Shown piece by piece: positions 9,894-19,846 of a DNA stretch of 64,000 nt. Every line of letters starts with the position of its first letter. The first letter of the stretch is position 1. The notes under the pieces were generated by a model. That model saw nothing but the letters and a program-made list of their open reading frames with translations. It was not told the DNA's origin and did no database searches. A program made the translations under genes and the position numbers. The DNA comes from Vulcanimicrobiota bacterium (GTDB taxonomy: Bacteria > Vulcanimicrobiota > Vulcanimicrobiia > Vulcanimicrobiales > Vulcanimicrobiaceae). Where the stretch lies: assembly GCA_963786105.1 (NCBI GenBank), contig CAWAXX010000014.1:224001-288000 (forward strand), read 5' to 3'.

Positions 9894-9927
9894 ATCGCAC
9901 CGCCACGGCGGTGCGATCTTCATTTTC
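9894..9927 (+). terminator. Probable intrinsic terminator
   Basis: ATCGCACCGCC/GGCGGTGCGAT inverted repeat followed by CTTCATTTTC. Confidence 0.6.
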
Positions 9928-9992
9928 TCGATCCCCTTGACTAGCACGGAGGAACCCGCGCGGCCCCTTCGAAGCCTGATGGCGCAAAAAGG

Positions 9993-10034
9993 AACTTTAG
10001 TCACTATCGCAGAGTTAGAAAAGTGACTAAAGTT
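9993..10034. promoter_or_regulatory. Palindromic operator upstream of sbp
   Basis: Perfect 13-bp arms AACTTTAGTCACT / AGTGACTAAAGTT with a 16-nt spacer; core repeated at 13995-14022. Confidence 0.65.
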
Positions 10035-10076
10035 TTCTTCGCTTTTAATCCTCGGATTTAAAGGAGCCCCACCAGG

Positions 10077-11102
10077 ATGAAGGTCGTTTCGAAACTCGGA
10101 CTTTTCGCCATCATTGCCGGCCTTGTGCTCGGCCTCGGACTACCCGCCGCGCGGGCGGCCGGGGATCTGACGATTCTCAACGTCTCCTTCGACCCCACTC
10201 GCGAGCTCTACAACGACTATAATGCGGCTTTTGCCAAGTACTGGAAGGCTAAGTCGGGACAGTCCGTGACCGTACAGCAGTCGAACGGCGGTTCGGGAAA
10301 ACAGGCTCGAGCGGTGATCGACGGTTTGCAAGCCGACGTGGTGACGTTGGCGCTGGCCTACGACATCGACGCGATCGCGCAAACGGCGAAACTGCTGCCC
10401 GACAACTGGCAATCGCGGCTCCCCGACAACAGCACCCCTTACACGTCGACCATCGTGTTTTTGGTGCATAAGGGCAATCCCAAGAAAATTCACGATTGGA
10501 ACGACCTGGTGAAGCCCGGCATCTCGGTGATCATGCCAAATCCCAAGACATCGGGTGGGGCGCGTTGGAATTTCTTAGCGGCCTGGGCTTATGCGCTCAA
10601 GCGGCCCGGCGGCAGCGATGCGACCGCCCGCGATTTCGTCACCCACCTCTACAAAAACGTTCCGGTGCTCGATTCGGGCGCGCGCGGCGCGACCACCACG
10701 TTCGTCGAGCGCGGCATCGGCGACGTCCTGGTGGGCTGGGAGAGCGACGCGCTCCTCGCGGTACGCGACCTCGGACCCGATAAGTTCCAAATCGTGGTGC
10801 CCTCGATGAGCATCCTCGCCGAACCGCCGGTCGCCGTCGTCGACAAAGTGGTCGCCGCAAAGGGAACGCGGGCCGTCGCGCAAGCGTACGTGCAGTACCT
10901 CTACTCACCTCAGGGCCAGGAGATCGTGGCGCGCCATTTCTTCCGCCCGCGTTTGGCGGCGGTCGCGAAGAAATATGCGTCGACGTTTGCAGACGTCAAG
11001 CTGGTCACCGTCGATCACGTCTTTGGGGGCTGGCAAAAGGCGCAAAAGACGTACTTCGCCGACGGCGGCGTGTTCGACCAGATCTACCAGCCGAGTCAAT
11101 AG
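10077..11102 (+). CDS. sbp: Sulfate ABC transporter substrate-binding protein
   Basis: Signal peptide, [41 protein letters not shown]. Confidence 0.95.
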   Translation: MKVVSKLGLFAIIAGLVLGLGLPAARAAGDLTILNVSFDPTRELYNDYNAAFAKYWKAKSGQSVTVQQSNGGSGKQARAVIDGLQADVVTLALAYDIDAIAQTAKLLPDNWQSRLPDNSTPYTSTIVFLVHKGNPKKIHDWNDLVKPGISVIMPNPKTSGGARWNFLAAWAYALKRPGGSDATARDFVTHLYKNVPVLDSGARGATTTFVERGIGDVLVGWESDALLAVRDLGPDKFQIVVPSMSILAEPPVAVVDKVVAAKGTRAVAQAYVQYLYSPQGQEIVARHFFRPRLAAVAKKYASTFADVKLVTVDHVFGGWQKAQKTYFADGGVFDQIYQPSQ

Positions 11103-11111
11103 GCATCCGGC

Positions 11112-11972
11112 GTGGCAATCGCACTACGACAGCGGAGCATTCTGCCCGGGTTCGGGCTCACGCTCGGCTTCTCGGTGCTCTATCTGAGCTTGATCGTTTT
11201 GATTCCGCTCTCGGTCACGTTTTGGAAGGCGTCGACGCTGGGCTGGAGCTCGTTTTGGCACATCGTCACGGCCGCGCGGGCGGTCGCATCATACGAGGTG
11301 ACGTTCGGATGTTCGCTGGTCGCGGCGGTCGTCAATCTCGTTTTCGGCGTCCTCACCGCGTGGGTGCTGGTGCGCTATTCTTTCCCGCTTAAGCGGCTGT
11401 TCGATTCCCTCGTGGATCTGCCGTTTGCTTTGCCGACGGCGGTTGCCGGCATCGCGCTTACCTCGATTTACGCGCCCAACGGGTGGCTCGGGCGGCCGTT
11501 GCTGGCCCTGGGCGTGCACGCCGCCTACACGCGTCTCGGCATCGTCATCGCGCTCACGTTCATCGGCCTGCCGTTCGTAGTGCGCACGGTGCAGCCGGTG
11601 CTTGAAGATCTCGACATGGAGTTCGAGGAGGCGGCGGCGAGCCTCGGCGCGGGACGCTGGCAGACGTTCGGCCGCGTGCTCCTGCCGACGATCTTGCCGG
11701 CGGCGCTCACCGGCTTTGCCCTCGCCTTTGCCCGCGCGGTCGGCGAGTATGGATCGGTGATTTTCATCGCCGGCAACATGCCGATGCGCACGGAAATCAC
11801 GCCGCTGTTGATCGTTACGAAGCTGGAGCAGTACGACTACGCCGCCGCGACCGCGATTGCGGTGGCCATGCTGGTCGTGTCGTTCGCGATGCTGCTGACG
11901 ATCAATCTGCTGCAGAAGTGGAGCGGCAGCCGACCGGCGCGCGACGAACCCGAGGTGATTCCCAGTGGCTGA
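11112..11972 (+). CDS. cysT: Sulfate ABC transporter permease CysT
   Basis: [30 protein letters not shown] (EAA motif). Confidence 0.95.
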   Translation: MAIALRQRSILPGFGLTLGFSVLYLSLIVLIPLSVTFWKASTLGWSSFWHIVTAARAVASYEVTFGCSLVAAVVNLVFGVLTAWVLVRYSFPLKRLFDSLVDLPFALPTAVAGIALTSIYAPNGWLGRPLLALGVHAAYTRLGIVIALTFIGLPFVVRTVQPVLEDLDMEFEEAAASLGAGRWQTFGRVLLPTILPAALTGFALAFARAVGEYGSVIFIAGNMPMRTEITPLLIVTKLEQYDYAAATAIAVAMLVVSFAMLLTINLLQKWSGSRPARDEPEVIPSG

Positions 11973-12840
11973 CGCGATTGCGTGGGGCGAAGCACGCCCG
12001 GGCCGGCAGCCCGTCCGCGCTACGAAAACCAATGCGACCTCGGAACCCGCCTTCGTTCGGTGGCTGCTGATCGGCACGGCCGCGATCTTCTTGGCAGTGT
12101 TCCTGTTCTTGCCGCTGGCCGTGGTATTTTCGACGGCATTCGAAAAGGGTGCGCTCGCGTATTTCCACACCTTTGCCGATCCGGACACGCTTTCGGCAGT
12201 TCGATTGACCCTGCTCGCGGCGGCGATTTCGGTTCCGCTCAACGTTGCGTTCGGCATCGCGGCGGCCTGGGTTATCGGTAAGTTCGAGTTCTACGGCAAG
12301 AGCCTATTGATCACGTTGATCGATTTGCCGTTCTCGGTTTCGCCGGTCGTCGCGGGCTTGGTTTTCGTGCTGCTGTTCGGCCTGCAGGGCTTGTTTGGAC
12401 CGTGGCTGATCGCTCACGGCGTTCGGATTATCTTTGCGATTCCGGGAATCGTGCTGGTGACGGTCTTCGTGACGTTTCCGTTCGTCGCGCGCGAACTGCT
12501 GCCGCTGATGCAAGCCCAGGGTAACGACGAAGAAGAAGCCGCCCTGACGCTGGGCGCGAACGGCTGGAAGACCTTTGTGCGGGTGACCTTGCCCAACGTC
12601 AAGTGGGCGCTTCTGTACGGCGTCATTTTGTGTAACGCGCGAGCGATGGGCGAGTTTGGGGCGGTGTCGGTAGTCTCCGGGCATATCCGCGGCCTCACCG
12701 ACACGATGCCTCTGCAAATTGAATTTCTGTATAACGACTACCAATTCGTTCCGGCCTTTGCGGTCGCGTCGCTGCTGGCGTTGCTGGCGCTCGTAACGCT
12801 GGTCGTAAAGAGCGTCGTAGAATGGAGAACACAAGCGTGA
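11965..12840 (+). CDS. cysW: Sulfate ABC transporter permease CysW
   Basis: [34 protein letters not shown]. Confidence 0.95.
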   Translation: MADAIAWGEARPGRQPVRATKTNATSEPAFVRWLLIGTAAIFLAVFLFLPLAVVFSTAFEKGALAYFHTFADPDTLSAVRLTLLAAAISVPLNVAFGIAAAWVIGKFEFYGKSLLITLIDLPFSVSPVVAGLVFVLLFGLQGLFGPWLIAHGVRIIFAIPGIVLVTVFVTFPFVARELLPLMQAQGNDEEEAALTLGANGWKTFVRVTLPNVKWALLYGVILCNARAMGEFGAVSVVSGHIRGLTDTMPLQIEFLYNDYQFVPAFAVASLLALLALVTLVVKSVVEWRTQA

Positions 12841-13889
12841 GCATCAGCGTACGTGGGGTGACGAAGACCTTCGGCGGCTTCGTCGCGCTCGACAACGTCG
12901 ATCTCGAAATCCCCGCCGGTAAGCTGGTGGCGTTGCTGGGTCCCTCGGGGTCGGGTAAAACCACGCTACTGCGAATCATCGCCGGCTTGGAGTTTGCCGA
13001 TTCCGGAACGATCCAGTTCGACGGTGCGGACATCACCCAACGGTCGCCCGGAGAGCGCCGGGTCGGATTCGTTTTTCAGCACTACGCGCTTTTTCGGCAC
13101 ATGACCGTCTTCGAGAACATCGCCTTTGGTCTGCGAGTTCGGCCGCGTTCTACCCGGCCGAGCGAGGAGCAGATCCGGGCCAAGGTGCACGAACTGCTGC
13201 ATCTCATCCAGTTGCGCAACCAGGCATCGCGTTATCCGTCGCAACTCTCCGGCGGCCAGCGCCAGCGCGTCGCGCTGGCGCGTGCGTTGGCCGTCGAGCC
13301 GAGCGTGCTGCTTCTCGACGAACCGTTCGGTGCGCTCGACGCGAAAGTGCGACTCGAACTGCGTCGCTGGCTACGTCAACTGCACGACGAAGTGCACATC
13401 ACCAGCGTCTTCGTCACCCACGATCAGGAAGAGGCCCTCGAGGTAGCCGATCACGTTGCCGTCATGAATCGGGGGCGAATCGAGCAGATCGGGGCGCCCG
13501 ACGAGGTGTACAATCATCCGGCCACGTCGTTCGTCTTCAACTTCTTGGGGAGCGTCAATCTCTTTCACGGCCGGGTCGACAACGGCACGACCTACATCCA
13601 CCAGACGGCGACCGACCATTTGGTATTCGTGCGTCCCCATTCGCTGGAGATTTCACGCCGGTTGCCCGACCACCCGAATCATTTCCGTGCGACCACCAAA
13701 CATATTAACGCGGCCGGTCCGTTGGTCAAGGTCGAGGCGATCACCGAGTGGGGAGCGCCCGTCCAAGTCGAGATGTCCCAAGAACGCTTCCGCGATCTCT
13801 CGCTGATCAAGGGCGAGGAAATCTTCCTCGTGCCGACCGAATTGGCGGTGTTCCGAAGTAGCGAGGGCACCCCGATCGCGCACGGATAG
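12837..13889 (+). CDS. cysA: Sulfate ABC transporter ATP-binding protein
   Basis: Walker [32 protein letters not shown] overlap with cysW. Confidence 0.95.
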   Translation: MSISVRGVTKTFGGFVALDNVDLEIPAGKLVALLGPSGSGKTTLLRIIAGLEFADSGTIQFDGADITQRSPGERRVGFVFQHYALFRHMTVFENIAFGLRVRPRSTRPSEEQIRAKVHELLHLIQLRNQASRYPSQLSGGQRQRVALARALAVEPSVLLLDEPFGALDAKVRLELRRWLRQLHDEVHITSVFVTHDQEEALEVADHVAVMNRGRIEQIGAPDEVYNHPATSFVFNFLGSVNLFHGRVDNGTTYIHQTATDHLVFVRPHSLEISRRLPDHPNHFRATTKHINAAGPLVKVEAITEWGAPVQVEMSQERFRDLSLIKGEEIFLVPTELAVFRSSEGTPIAHG

Positions 13890-13943
13890 AAACGCTGGGA
13901 AAGCCGGCGACAATCCGCCTTCGCCTCGATTCCGGTGGGCCCG

Positions 13944-14123
13944 GGAGGAAGCCGCCCCGCCTCTTCGAACCCTGAAGTCGCAAAAACGACTAGGGTCACT
14001 ATTGTAACTATGAAAAAGTGACTATCGTATCTCGCCTTGCGCTTTCAGACTTGGAGGAGCCTCATCACGATGGCGGCCGTTTCGAAGCTCCAGTTTCTCG
14101 CAGCCGCGAGCAGCCGTGCCTGA
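13944..14123 (+). repeat. Diverged direct duplicate of the sbp upstream region and first codons (paralogous to ~9948-10110), ending in a 17-codon ORF at 14070-14123
   Basis: Collinear shared blocks: GGAGGAA, TTCGAAnCCTGA, CGCAAAAA, GTCACT-N16-AGTGACTA, AGGAGCC, and ATG..GTTTCGAA(A/G)CTC (MKVVSKL vs MAAVSKL). Confidence 0.75.
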
Positions 14124-14284
14124 GAGGTTTCGCGTTTGCCAATCGGTACAAGCTCGGAAGCCCAGCGTAAGAAGCGGTGCGGGGAGGGCTGGGGTGGGCC
14201 GCGAACGAGGTACCGCCCCCAAAACTAACCGGGGCCGTCGGCGACTGCTCCGGGGGTGTCCATCGTGATTGGTCGAGATCAATC

Positions 14285-15073
14285 GTGACCATTTTAAACA
14301 TCGAGATCGTTTTAACTGGCTTGCTCGTCGGAACGATCGTAGGGTTGACGGGTGTCGGCGGAGCCAGCATCATGACGCCCCTGCTGATCCTGGTTTTGAA
14401 GGTAAATCCGCTCGTGGCCGTCGGTACCGATCTGCTGTACAGCGTTCCGACTAAGCTCTATGGAGCCTTCCTCCATAATAGGCAGGGTACCGTCAACCCC
14501 GAGATCGTGAAGGCGTTACTGTGGGGCGGTCTTCCCGCCTCACTCGTCGGGTTAGCCATTCTGTTCTGGTTACGACACCACGTCGACGTGAAGGCCGTGG
14601 AGCTATGGACGCGCCACGCCATCGGCTTTGTGCTTTTCATCGCCGCAGCCGTCATCGTGGTTCAGCCCTTTATCAAGCGCCGGGTGCTGCCGATGACGTC
14701 GCCGGAATTCGTTTGGCAGCCCCGGCAGCGGGCCCGCGTGGTCGCTATCGGGGCGGTCGTCGGTTTGATCGTCACCGCGACCTCGATCGGGAGCGGGTCG
14801 GTGACGCTGCCGCTGCTCACCCTAGCCCTGCCGTTCATCGGCATCTCGACGCTGGTGGGTTCGGACATTGCGTTCGCGGCGTTCTTAATTCCCGCGGCCG
14901 CCGCCGGCCGCTGGTCGATGGGCGATGTCAATCTCCCACTGGTCCTAAAATTACTCATCGGTTCGCTTCCCGGCGTCTACATCGGGAGTAAGCTGTGCGG
15001 CCGACTAAGTCAGACGTGGTTGAGGCCCGTCGTGGCGCTCACGCTCGTTTTTGTCGGAACGCGCTTAATCTGA
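14285..15073 (+). CDS. TauE/SafE family sulfite exporter (TSUP)
   Basis: GLTGVGGASIMTP, AVGTDL, TSIGSG, VGSDI motifs; many TM segments; start taken at GTG 14285. Confidence 0.9.
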   Translation: MTILNIEIVLTGLLVGTIVGLTGVGGASIMTPLLILVLKVNPLVAVGTDLLYSVPTKLYGAFLHNRQGTVNPEIVKALLWGGLPASLVGLAILFWLRHHVDVKAVELWTRHAIGFVLFIAAAVIVVQPFIKRRVLPMTSPEFVWQPRQRARVVAIGAVVGLIVTATSIGSGSVTLPLLTLALPFIGISTLVGSDIAFAAFLIPAAAAGRWSMGDVNLPLVLKLLIGSLPGVYIGSKLCGRLSQTWLRPVVALTLVFVGTRLI

Positions 15074-15147
15074 CCCGAGCGCGCGTCCATAAACTGTGAG
15101 TAAATAAAGTTTTCTGTGGAGACGTTGTGGAGCGCTTCGCAAAAGAC

Positions 15148-15176
15148 TTGCGGACGCATTTTTGCTTTGGTACCAT
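15148..15176 (+). promoter_or_regulatory. Sigma70-type promoter candidate
   Basis: TTGCGG (15148-53), 17 nt, TACCAT (15171-76), with TG extension at 15168-69. Confidence 0.5.
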
Positions 15177-15182
15177 ACCAAC

Positions 15183-15384
15183 ACTTCACATAACATGGAA
15201 GTGCGGATTGTAAGGAACCGCGGTCCACGCACGTAGACGATCATCGCGAAAGCGCGATCCGAGTGCCTGGAGCAAACCGGACTCAGAGTACGTCGGTGAG
15301 GGGTTGGTAACGATCTCAAACAGGCGAAAACGGCCGGACAAACGGCAGAGCCCGCAGCCTCGTGCTGCGGGCTTTGTTCTATTT
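15183..15384 (+). ncRNA. Candidate ~200-nt structured ncRNA or attenuated leader of the OPT gene
   Basis: Lies between a promoter-like element and a strong terminator; consecutive hairpins; no ORF with an RBS. Confidence 0.45.
15346..15384 (+). terminator. Intrinsic terminator just upstream of the OPT gene
   Basis: 13-bp stem CAGAGCCCGCAGC/GCTGCGGGCTTTG, 5-nt loop, then TTCTATTT. Confidence 0.75.
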
Positions 15385-15402
15385 GGCGAAGAAGTGCGCG
15401 CG

Positions 15403-17367
15403 ATGGACGGCCCGGGGAAATCGAGGCTGGAGCTAACCGTACGCGGACTCATCCTCGGCGCGGCAATCACGCTGGTCTTTACGGCGGCCAACGTCTACCT
15501 CGGTCTGAAAGTAGGACTGACGTTCGCTTCAACGATTCCTGCGGCCGTGATTTCGATGGCCGTGTTGCGGATGTTCAAAAGCGCAACCATTTTCGAAAAC
15601 AACATCGTGCAGACGGTCGCCTCCGCGGCCGGGACGATTTCCGCAATCATTTTCGTTTTGCCGGGTCTGGTCATGATCGGCTGGTGGACGGGTTTTCCGT
15701 TTTGGGAGTCGTTCGGTATCTGCGCGATCGGCGGAACGCTCGGCGTGATGTACAGCGTGCCGCTGCGCCGCGCCCTGGTGACCACCTCGGACTTGCCCTA
15801 TCCCGAAGGCGTTGCGGCCGCCGAGGTGTTGAAGGTCGGCGTGGGTACCGGTACCGCCGCGGACGTGGAACGCAACCGCGCGGGACTCATCGCGCTGGTG
15901 ACCGGGACGCTGGCGTCGGCCGGCTTTGCCGCGATCGTCGGCGCGCGTGTTTTTGCGGGCGAACTCGCCGCGTACTTTCGCGTCGGCGGTGCGACCACCG
16001 GAATAGGCTTTTCGCTATCGCTAGCGTTGGTCGGGGCCGGACACCTCATCGGGCTTTCGGTAGGCGTCGCCATTCTCGCCGGACTGGTCATCGCGTGGGG
16101 CATCGCGACGCCGCTCCTTACGTCGCTCCATCCGATGGCCGGCTCGGCGGCCGACGTCGCGACGGCCGTGTGGTCGCATCAAGTGCGATTCGTCGGCGCG
16201 GGTGCGATCGGCGTAGCGGCTATCTGGACCTTGGGGCGCTTGGCCAGGCCGGTGTGGGGCGGCTTGGCGTCGGCGATCGCGGCCTCCCGCCATCGTGCGG
16301 CCGGCGGCGCCCAACTGCCTCGGACCGAACGCGATATTCCCATTGCGATCGTCGGTCTGATCGGCCTGGCGTGCTTGATTCCGCTGTCCGTCCTACTCGC
16401 GGCCTTCCTCTCGAGCAGCGCGCTGGCGTCGCAGGCCGTGCCATTGGTAATCGGTGCGATCGCCTACATCGTGGTCGTCGGTTTCTTGGTAGCGGCCGCT
16501 TGCGGATATATGGCCGGACTCATCGGTTCTTCCAACAGCCCGGTGTCGGGTTTGGCCATTCTGGCGGTTATCGGTGCGTCGCTGCTGCTACTCGCCTTAG
16601 GAAACCATTCGACGCCGGCGGCTGCATCGGCGCTGGTGGCGTACGCGCTATTCGTTACGGCGGTGCTCGTCTGCGTGGCGACCATTGCGAACGACAATCT
16701 CCAGGATCTGAAAACCGGTCAGCTCGTAGACGCGACGCCGTGGCGCCAGCAGGTCGCGCTGATCTTCGGCGTCGCGATGGGAGCGCTGGTGATACCGCCG
16801 ATCCTCGATTTGCTCAATCGAGCGTACGGTTTCGCCGGCGCCGCGCCGCACGCCACGGTCGCTCAGCCGCTGCCGGCGCCTCAGGCCACGCTGATATCGG
16901 CGCTTGCCAAGGGCGTCATTCAAGGTCAAATCGATTGGAGGCTGATTGGTGCGGGCGCTTTGGTCGGCATCGCCATCGTGGTCGTCGACGAAGTGTTGCG
17001 AGCGACCGGCCGGTTTCGATTACCTCCGCTGGCCGTCGGTCTGGGCATCTACCTGCCCGCATCGACGACGGCACCGGTCGTTCTCGGGGCGATGCTGGGC
17101 TGGTACTACAACCGCTGGGCGAGTCGCCAGAGCGATGCCGGCAAAGCCAAACAGCTCGGCGTGCTTACGGCGTCCGGTCTCATCGTCGGAGAAAGTCTGT
17201 TCGGTGTTTTGCTGGCCGGTCTGATCGTCGTCAGCAATCGGGCGAATCCGCTCTCCGTCGTCGCCGATTCGTTCCAACCGGCCGCGACGGCGATTGGCGC
17301 CATCGCGTTCGTGCTCGCGCTTCTTGGGCTCTACACGTGGACGGCGAAATTAGCGCGGGCTAGCTGA
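15403..17367 (+). CDS. OPT family oligopeptide transporter
   Basis: ELTVRG, ANVYLGLKVGLT, ENNIVQT, YPEGVAAAEVL, NDNLQDLKTG, APQATL; start taken at ATG 15403. Confidence 0.93.
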   Translation: MDGPGKSRLELTVRGLILGAAITLVFTAANVYLGLKVGLTFASTIPAAVISMAVLRMFKSATIFENNIVQTVASAAGTISAIIFVLPGLVMIGWWTGFPFWESFGICAIGGTLGVMYSVPLRRALVTTSDLPYPEGVAAAEVLKVGVGTGTAADVERNRAGLIALVTGTLASAGFAAIVGARVFAGELAAYFRVGGATTGIGFSLSLALVGAGHLIGLSVGVAILAGLVIAWGIATPLLTSLHPMAGSAADVATAVWSHQVRFVGAGAIGVAAIWTLGRLARPVWGGLASAIAASRHRAAGGAQLPRTERDIPIAIVGLIGLACLIPLSVLLAAFLSSSALASQAVPLVIGAIAYIVVVGFLVAAACGYMAGLIGSSNSPVSGLAILAVIGASLLLLALGNHSTPAAASALVAYALFVTAVLVCVATIANDNLQDLKTGQLVDATPWRQQVALIFGVAMGALVIPPILDLLNRAYGFAGAAPHATVAQPLPAPQATLISALAKGVIQGQIDWRLIGAGALVGIAIVVVDEVLRATGRFRLPPLAVGLGIYLPASTTAPVVLGAMLGWYYNRWASRQSDAGKAKQLGVLTASGLIVGESLFGVLLAGLIVVSNRANPLSVVADSFQPAATAIGAIAFVLALLGLYTWTAKLARAS

Positions 17368-17710
17368 GGAGTTTCGGCGTAACTCGGAACGCGCCTGAAG
17401 AGCAGATCTCGATGATTTCCGCGTTGCTGAGCCGCCGAAAGCTCACATTGCAATACTCGAAAGGCTCGCCCGCCTCGGTCGCATCGTAACGCGCCTGCGC
17501 GCCGGGATTGAGTTGCGGCCGCTGCTGTACGGTTTGATTCTTGAAATTCACGCGGTAAACGAGGGATTCGCCAAAAAGAAAAATCTCGCCGCGGCCGTTG
17601 GCGTAACCTCCGTATACAGGCTCGGAGGGCTCTTGAACGATTCGATCCTTCGACTTTCGGCTAACGATGTCGAGGGAGGCAACTGGTGCCGGTGCGGGTG
17701 CGTATAACAT
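17360..17710 (-). CDS. Hypothetical protein (116 aa)
   Basis: Fills the gap between the OPT and PPIase genes; protein-like composition from ATG 17710; no recognisable motif. Confidence 0.5.
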   Translation of the reverse strand: MLYAPAPAPVASLDIVSRKSKDRIVQEPSEPVYGGYANGRGEIFLFGESLVYRVNFKNQTVQQRPQLNPGAQARYDATEAGEPFEYCNVSFRRLSNAEIIEICSSGAFRVTPKLLS

Positions 17711-17800
17711 GCTACGCCCCCTTAACGTTCGCGAGACGAGAATGGTTGCAAAGGCCGCCGAGAGAGGCCTGTGGAGCCGGGCTGCGCGAATGAATGGCCC

Positions 17801-18466
17801 GTGAAAAGCATCGTTATCGCCTTTTTTTCCCTTTTGGCCGCGATCTCGGCGAGCGGCCCAACGGTCGCCGCCGCGGATCCCGCGCTGTTGACGCCGTCGG
17901 CGCTCAACGCGAAAGCACCGGCTCGCTACGATGTCGCGTTCAAGACGACGGCGGGCGACTTTGAGGTGGCGGTAACCAGGGCGTGGGCTCCGCACGGCGC
18001 CGATCGGTTCTACAATCTCGTGAAGCACGGATTTTTCACGGGCGCCTCCTTTTTCCGCGTGGTTTCTGGGTTCGTCGTTCAGTTCGGACTCAGCCCGAAT
18101 CCGGCGGTGAACAAAGCTTGGAGCGCCGCCAGTATCGCCGACGATGCCGTTACGCAAAGCAATCGTAACGGCTACCTGAGCTTTGCGTCTGCCGGCCCCA
18201 ATACGCGGACCACTCAGGTCTTTATCAACTTGAGCGACAACGCGCGCCTCGACGGCATGGGTTTTGCGCCTTTCGGGAGAGTCGTTTCGGGGACGAACGT
18301 CCTGCGCAAAATTTATTCCACCTACGGCGAGTCGCCCGATCAAACCTCGATCGTTACCCAAGGCAAGGGATATCTCGACAAGAATTTTCCGAAACTCGAT
18401 CGGATCGTTTCCGCCAAGATCGTGTTGGTCGCTTCCGCGCCGCACCCGGCGCCGACGCACCATTAG
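17801..18466 (+). CDS. Secreted cyclophilin-type peptidyl-prolyl isomerase
   Basis: Signal peptide; WAPHGADRFY, FFRVVSGFVVQFG, SFASAGPNTRTTQVFINL, FAPFGRV. Confidence 0.9.
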   Translation: MKSIVIAFFSLLAAISASGPTVAAADPALLTPSALNAKAPARYDVAFKTTAGDFEVAVTRAWAPHGADRFYNLVKHGFFTGASFFRVVSGFVVQFGLSPNPAVNKAWSAASIADDAVTQSNRNGYLSFASAGPNTRTTQVFINLSDNARLDGMGFAPFGRVVSGTNVLRKIYSTYGESPDQTSIVTQGKGYLDKNFPKLDRIVSAKIVLVASAPHPAPTHH

Positions 18467-18480
18467 GACGGTTCCGATTC

Positions 18481-19824
18481 GTGACGAACGCGCAGCGGGC
18501 ATTATTGGCGATCGCACTGAGCCTGACGGCGTGCTCCGGATCCGGCGGCGGATCCGTGCCCGGCCCTGCGAACGCTCCCGGTGTTTCGCCGCCGACGCCT
18601 TCGCCGAAGAAGATCGAGCACGTCGTTGTGATGATCCAAGAGAACCGCAGCTTCGATAATCTCTTTGCCACGTATCCCGGAGCCGACGGTGCGTCTTACG
18701 GAATGCTTCACACGGGGAAGCACTTCAAGCTGGTGAAGGGGACGCTCGCCGGCCAAGATCTCGATCACTTGCATTCCGGATTCGTCACCGAGTACGACGG
18801 CGGCAAGATGGACGGATTCGATCGCATCAGGTTCGGTTCGAGCGGCGCCGGCGGTCTCGCCGGCACGTATCCGCTGCGCTACGTCGATCCCGCTCAGATT
18901 CGGCCCTATTGGGCGATGGCCGAACAGTACGCGCTCGCCGACCACATGTTCCAGACGCAAGGGAGCGGAAGTTTCACCGCCCACCAAGAGCTCATCGCCG
19001 CCGGCACGGCGATCGGTCCGGACAAGAGCCTCATGGATCTTCCGTCGCGAGGGCCGTGGGGGTGCGACGCACCTCCGCAAACGGTGACGTCCTACATCAC
19101 GTCCTCAGGCGGCTTTCACTTCAATCGCGGACCCTTCCCGTGCTTGTCGTATCCGACGTTGAAAGACGTGCTCGACCCCAAAGGCCTCTCGTGGAAATAC
19201 TATACGCCCCCAATCATCCCGGGCGGGAGCGGCTATATTTGGAACGCGTTCGACGCGATCCGCAACGTTCGCTACGGTCCTGACTGGACGTCCGACGTCG
19301 TGTCGCCCGAAACGACGATCTTCAAAGACATAGCGGCGAATAGCCTTCCGGCCGTTTCTTGGGTGATTCCCACCAATCAAAACTCCGATCACGCCTCGCT
19401 CACCGACTACGGACCGTCGTGGGTGGCCTCGGTCGTCAACGCTATCGGCAAGAACGCAAATCTTTGGAATTCGACGGCGATTATCGTCGTGTGGGACGAC
19501 TGGGGCGGTTACTACGATCACGTCGCGCCGCCGCAGCTGGATTATCAGGGGCTCGGCTTTCGCGTTCCGATGCTCGTCATTTCACCGTACGCAAAGAAAG
19601 GCTACGTTTCACATACTCAATACGAGTTCGGCAGCATCGTGCGTTTCGTCGAAGACAACTGGAATCTCGGCCGTCTCGGTGCTACCGACGTGCGCGCCAC
19701 GAGCATTGCCGACGCGTTCGATTTCAGCTCCTCGCCGCGCACGTTCGTACCCATATCGGCACCGCTTCGACAGTCGTTTTTCGAGCGTCAACCCCCATCG
19801 CTCGAACCCGTCGACGATCGCTAG
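18481..19824 (+). CDS. Phosphoesterase / phospholipase C (AcpA-like) family lipoprotein, copy 1
   Basis: Lipobox LTAC, IEHVVVMIQENRSFD, WDDWGGYYDHV, GFRVPMLVISPYAK. Confidence 0.9.
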   Translation: MTNAQRALLAIALSLTACSGSGGGSVPGPANAPGVSPPTPSPKKIEHVVVMIQENRSFDNLFATYPGADGASYGMLHTGKHFKLVKGTLAGQDLDHLHSGFVTEYDGGKMDGFDRIRFGSSGAGGLAGTYPLRYVDPAQIRPYWAMAEQYALADHMFQTQGSGSFTAHQELIAAGTAIGPDKSLMDLPSRGPWGCDAPPQTVTSYITSSGGFHFNRGPFPCLSYPTLKDVLDPKGLSWKYYTPPIIPGGSGYIWNAFDAIRNVRYGPDWTSDVVSPETTIFKDIAANSLPAVSWVIPTNQNSDHASLTDYGPSWVASVVNAIGKNANLWNSTAIIVVWDDWGGYYDHVAPPQLDYQGLGFRVPMLVISPYAKKGYVSHTQYEFGSIVRFVEDNWNLGRLGATDVRATSIADAFDFSSSPRTFVPISAPLRQSFFERQPPSLEPVDDR

Positions 19825-19846
19825 CTCTCCCGCCCCGCCTTAAGGC

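Noticed and set aside
14269..14282. FNR-like box TTGGT-N4-ATCAA before tauE
   Set aside because: Single imperfect copy abutting the start codon; cannot be distinguished from a local hairpin
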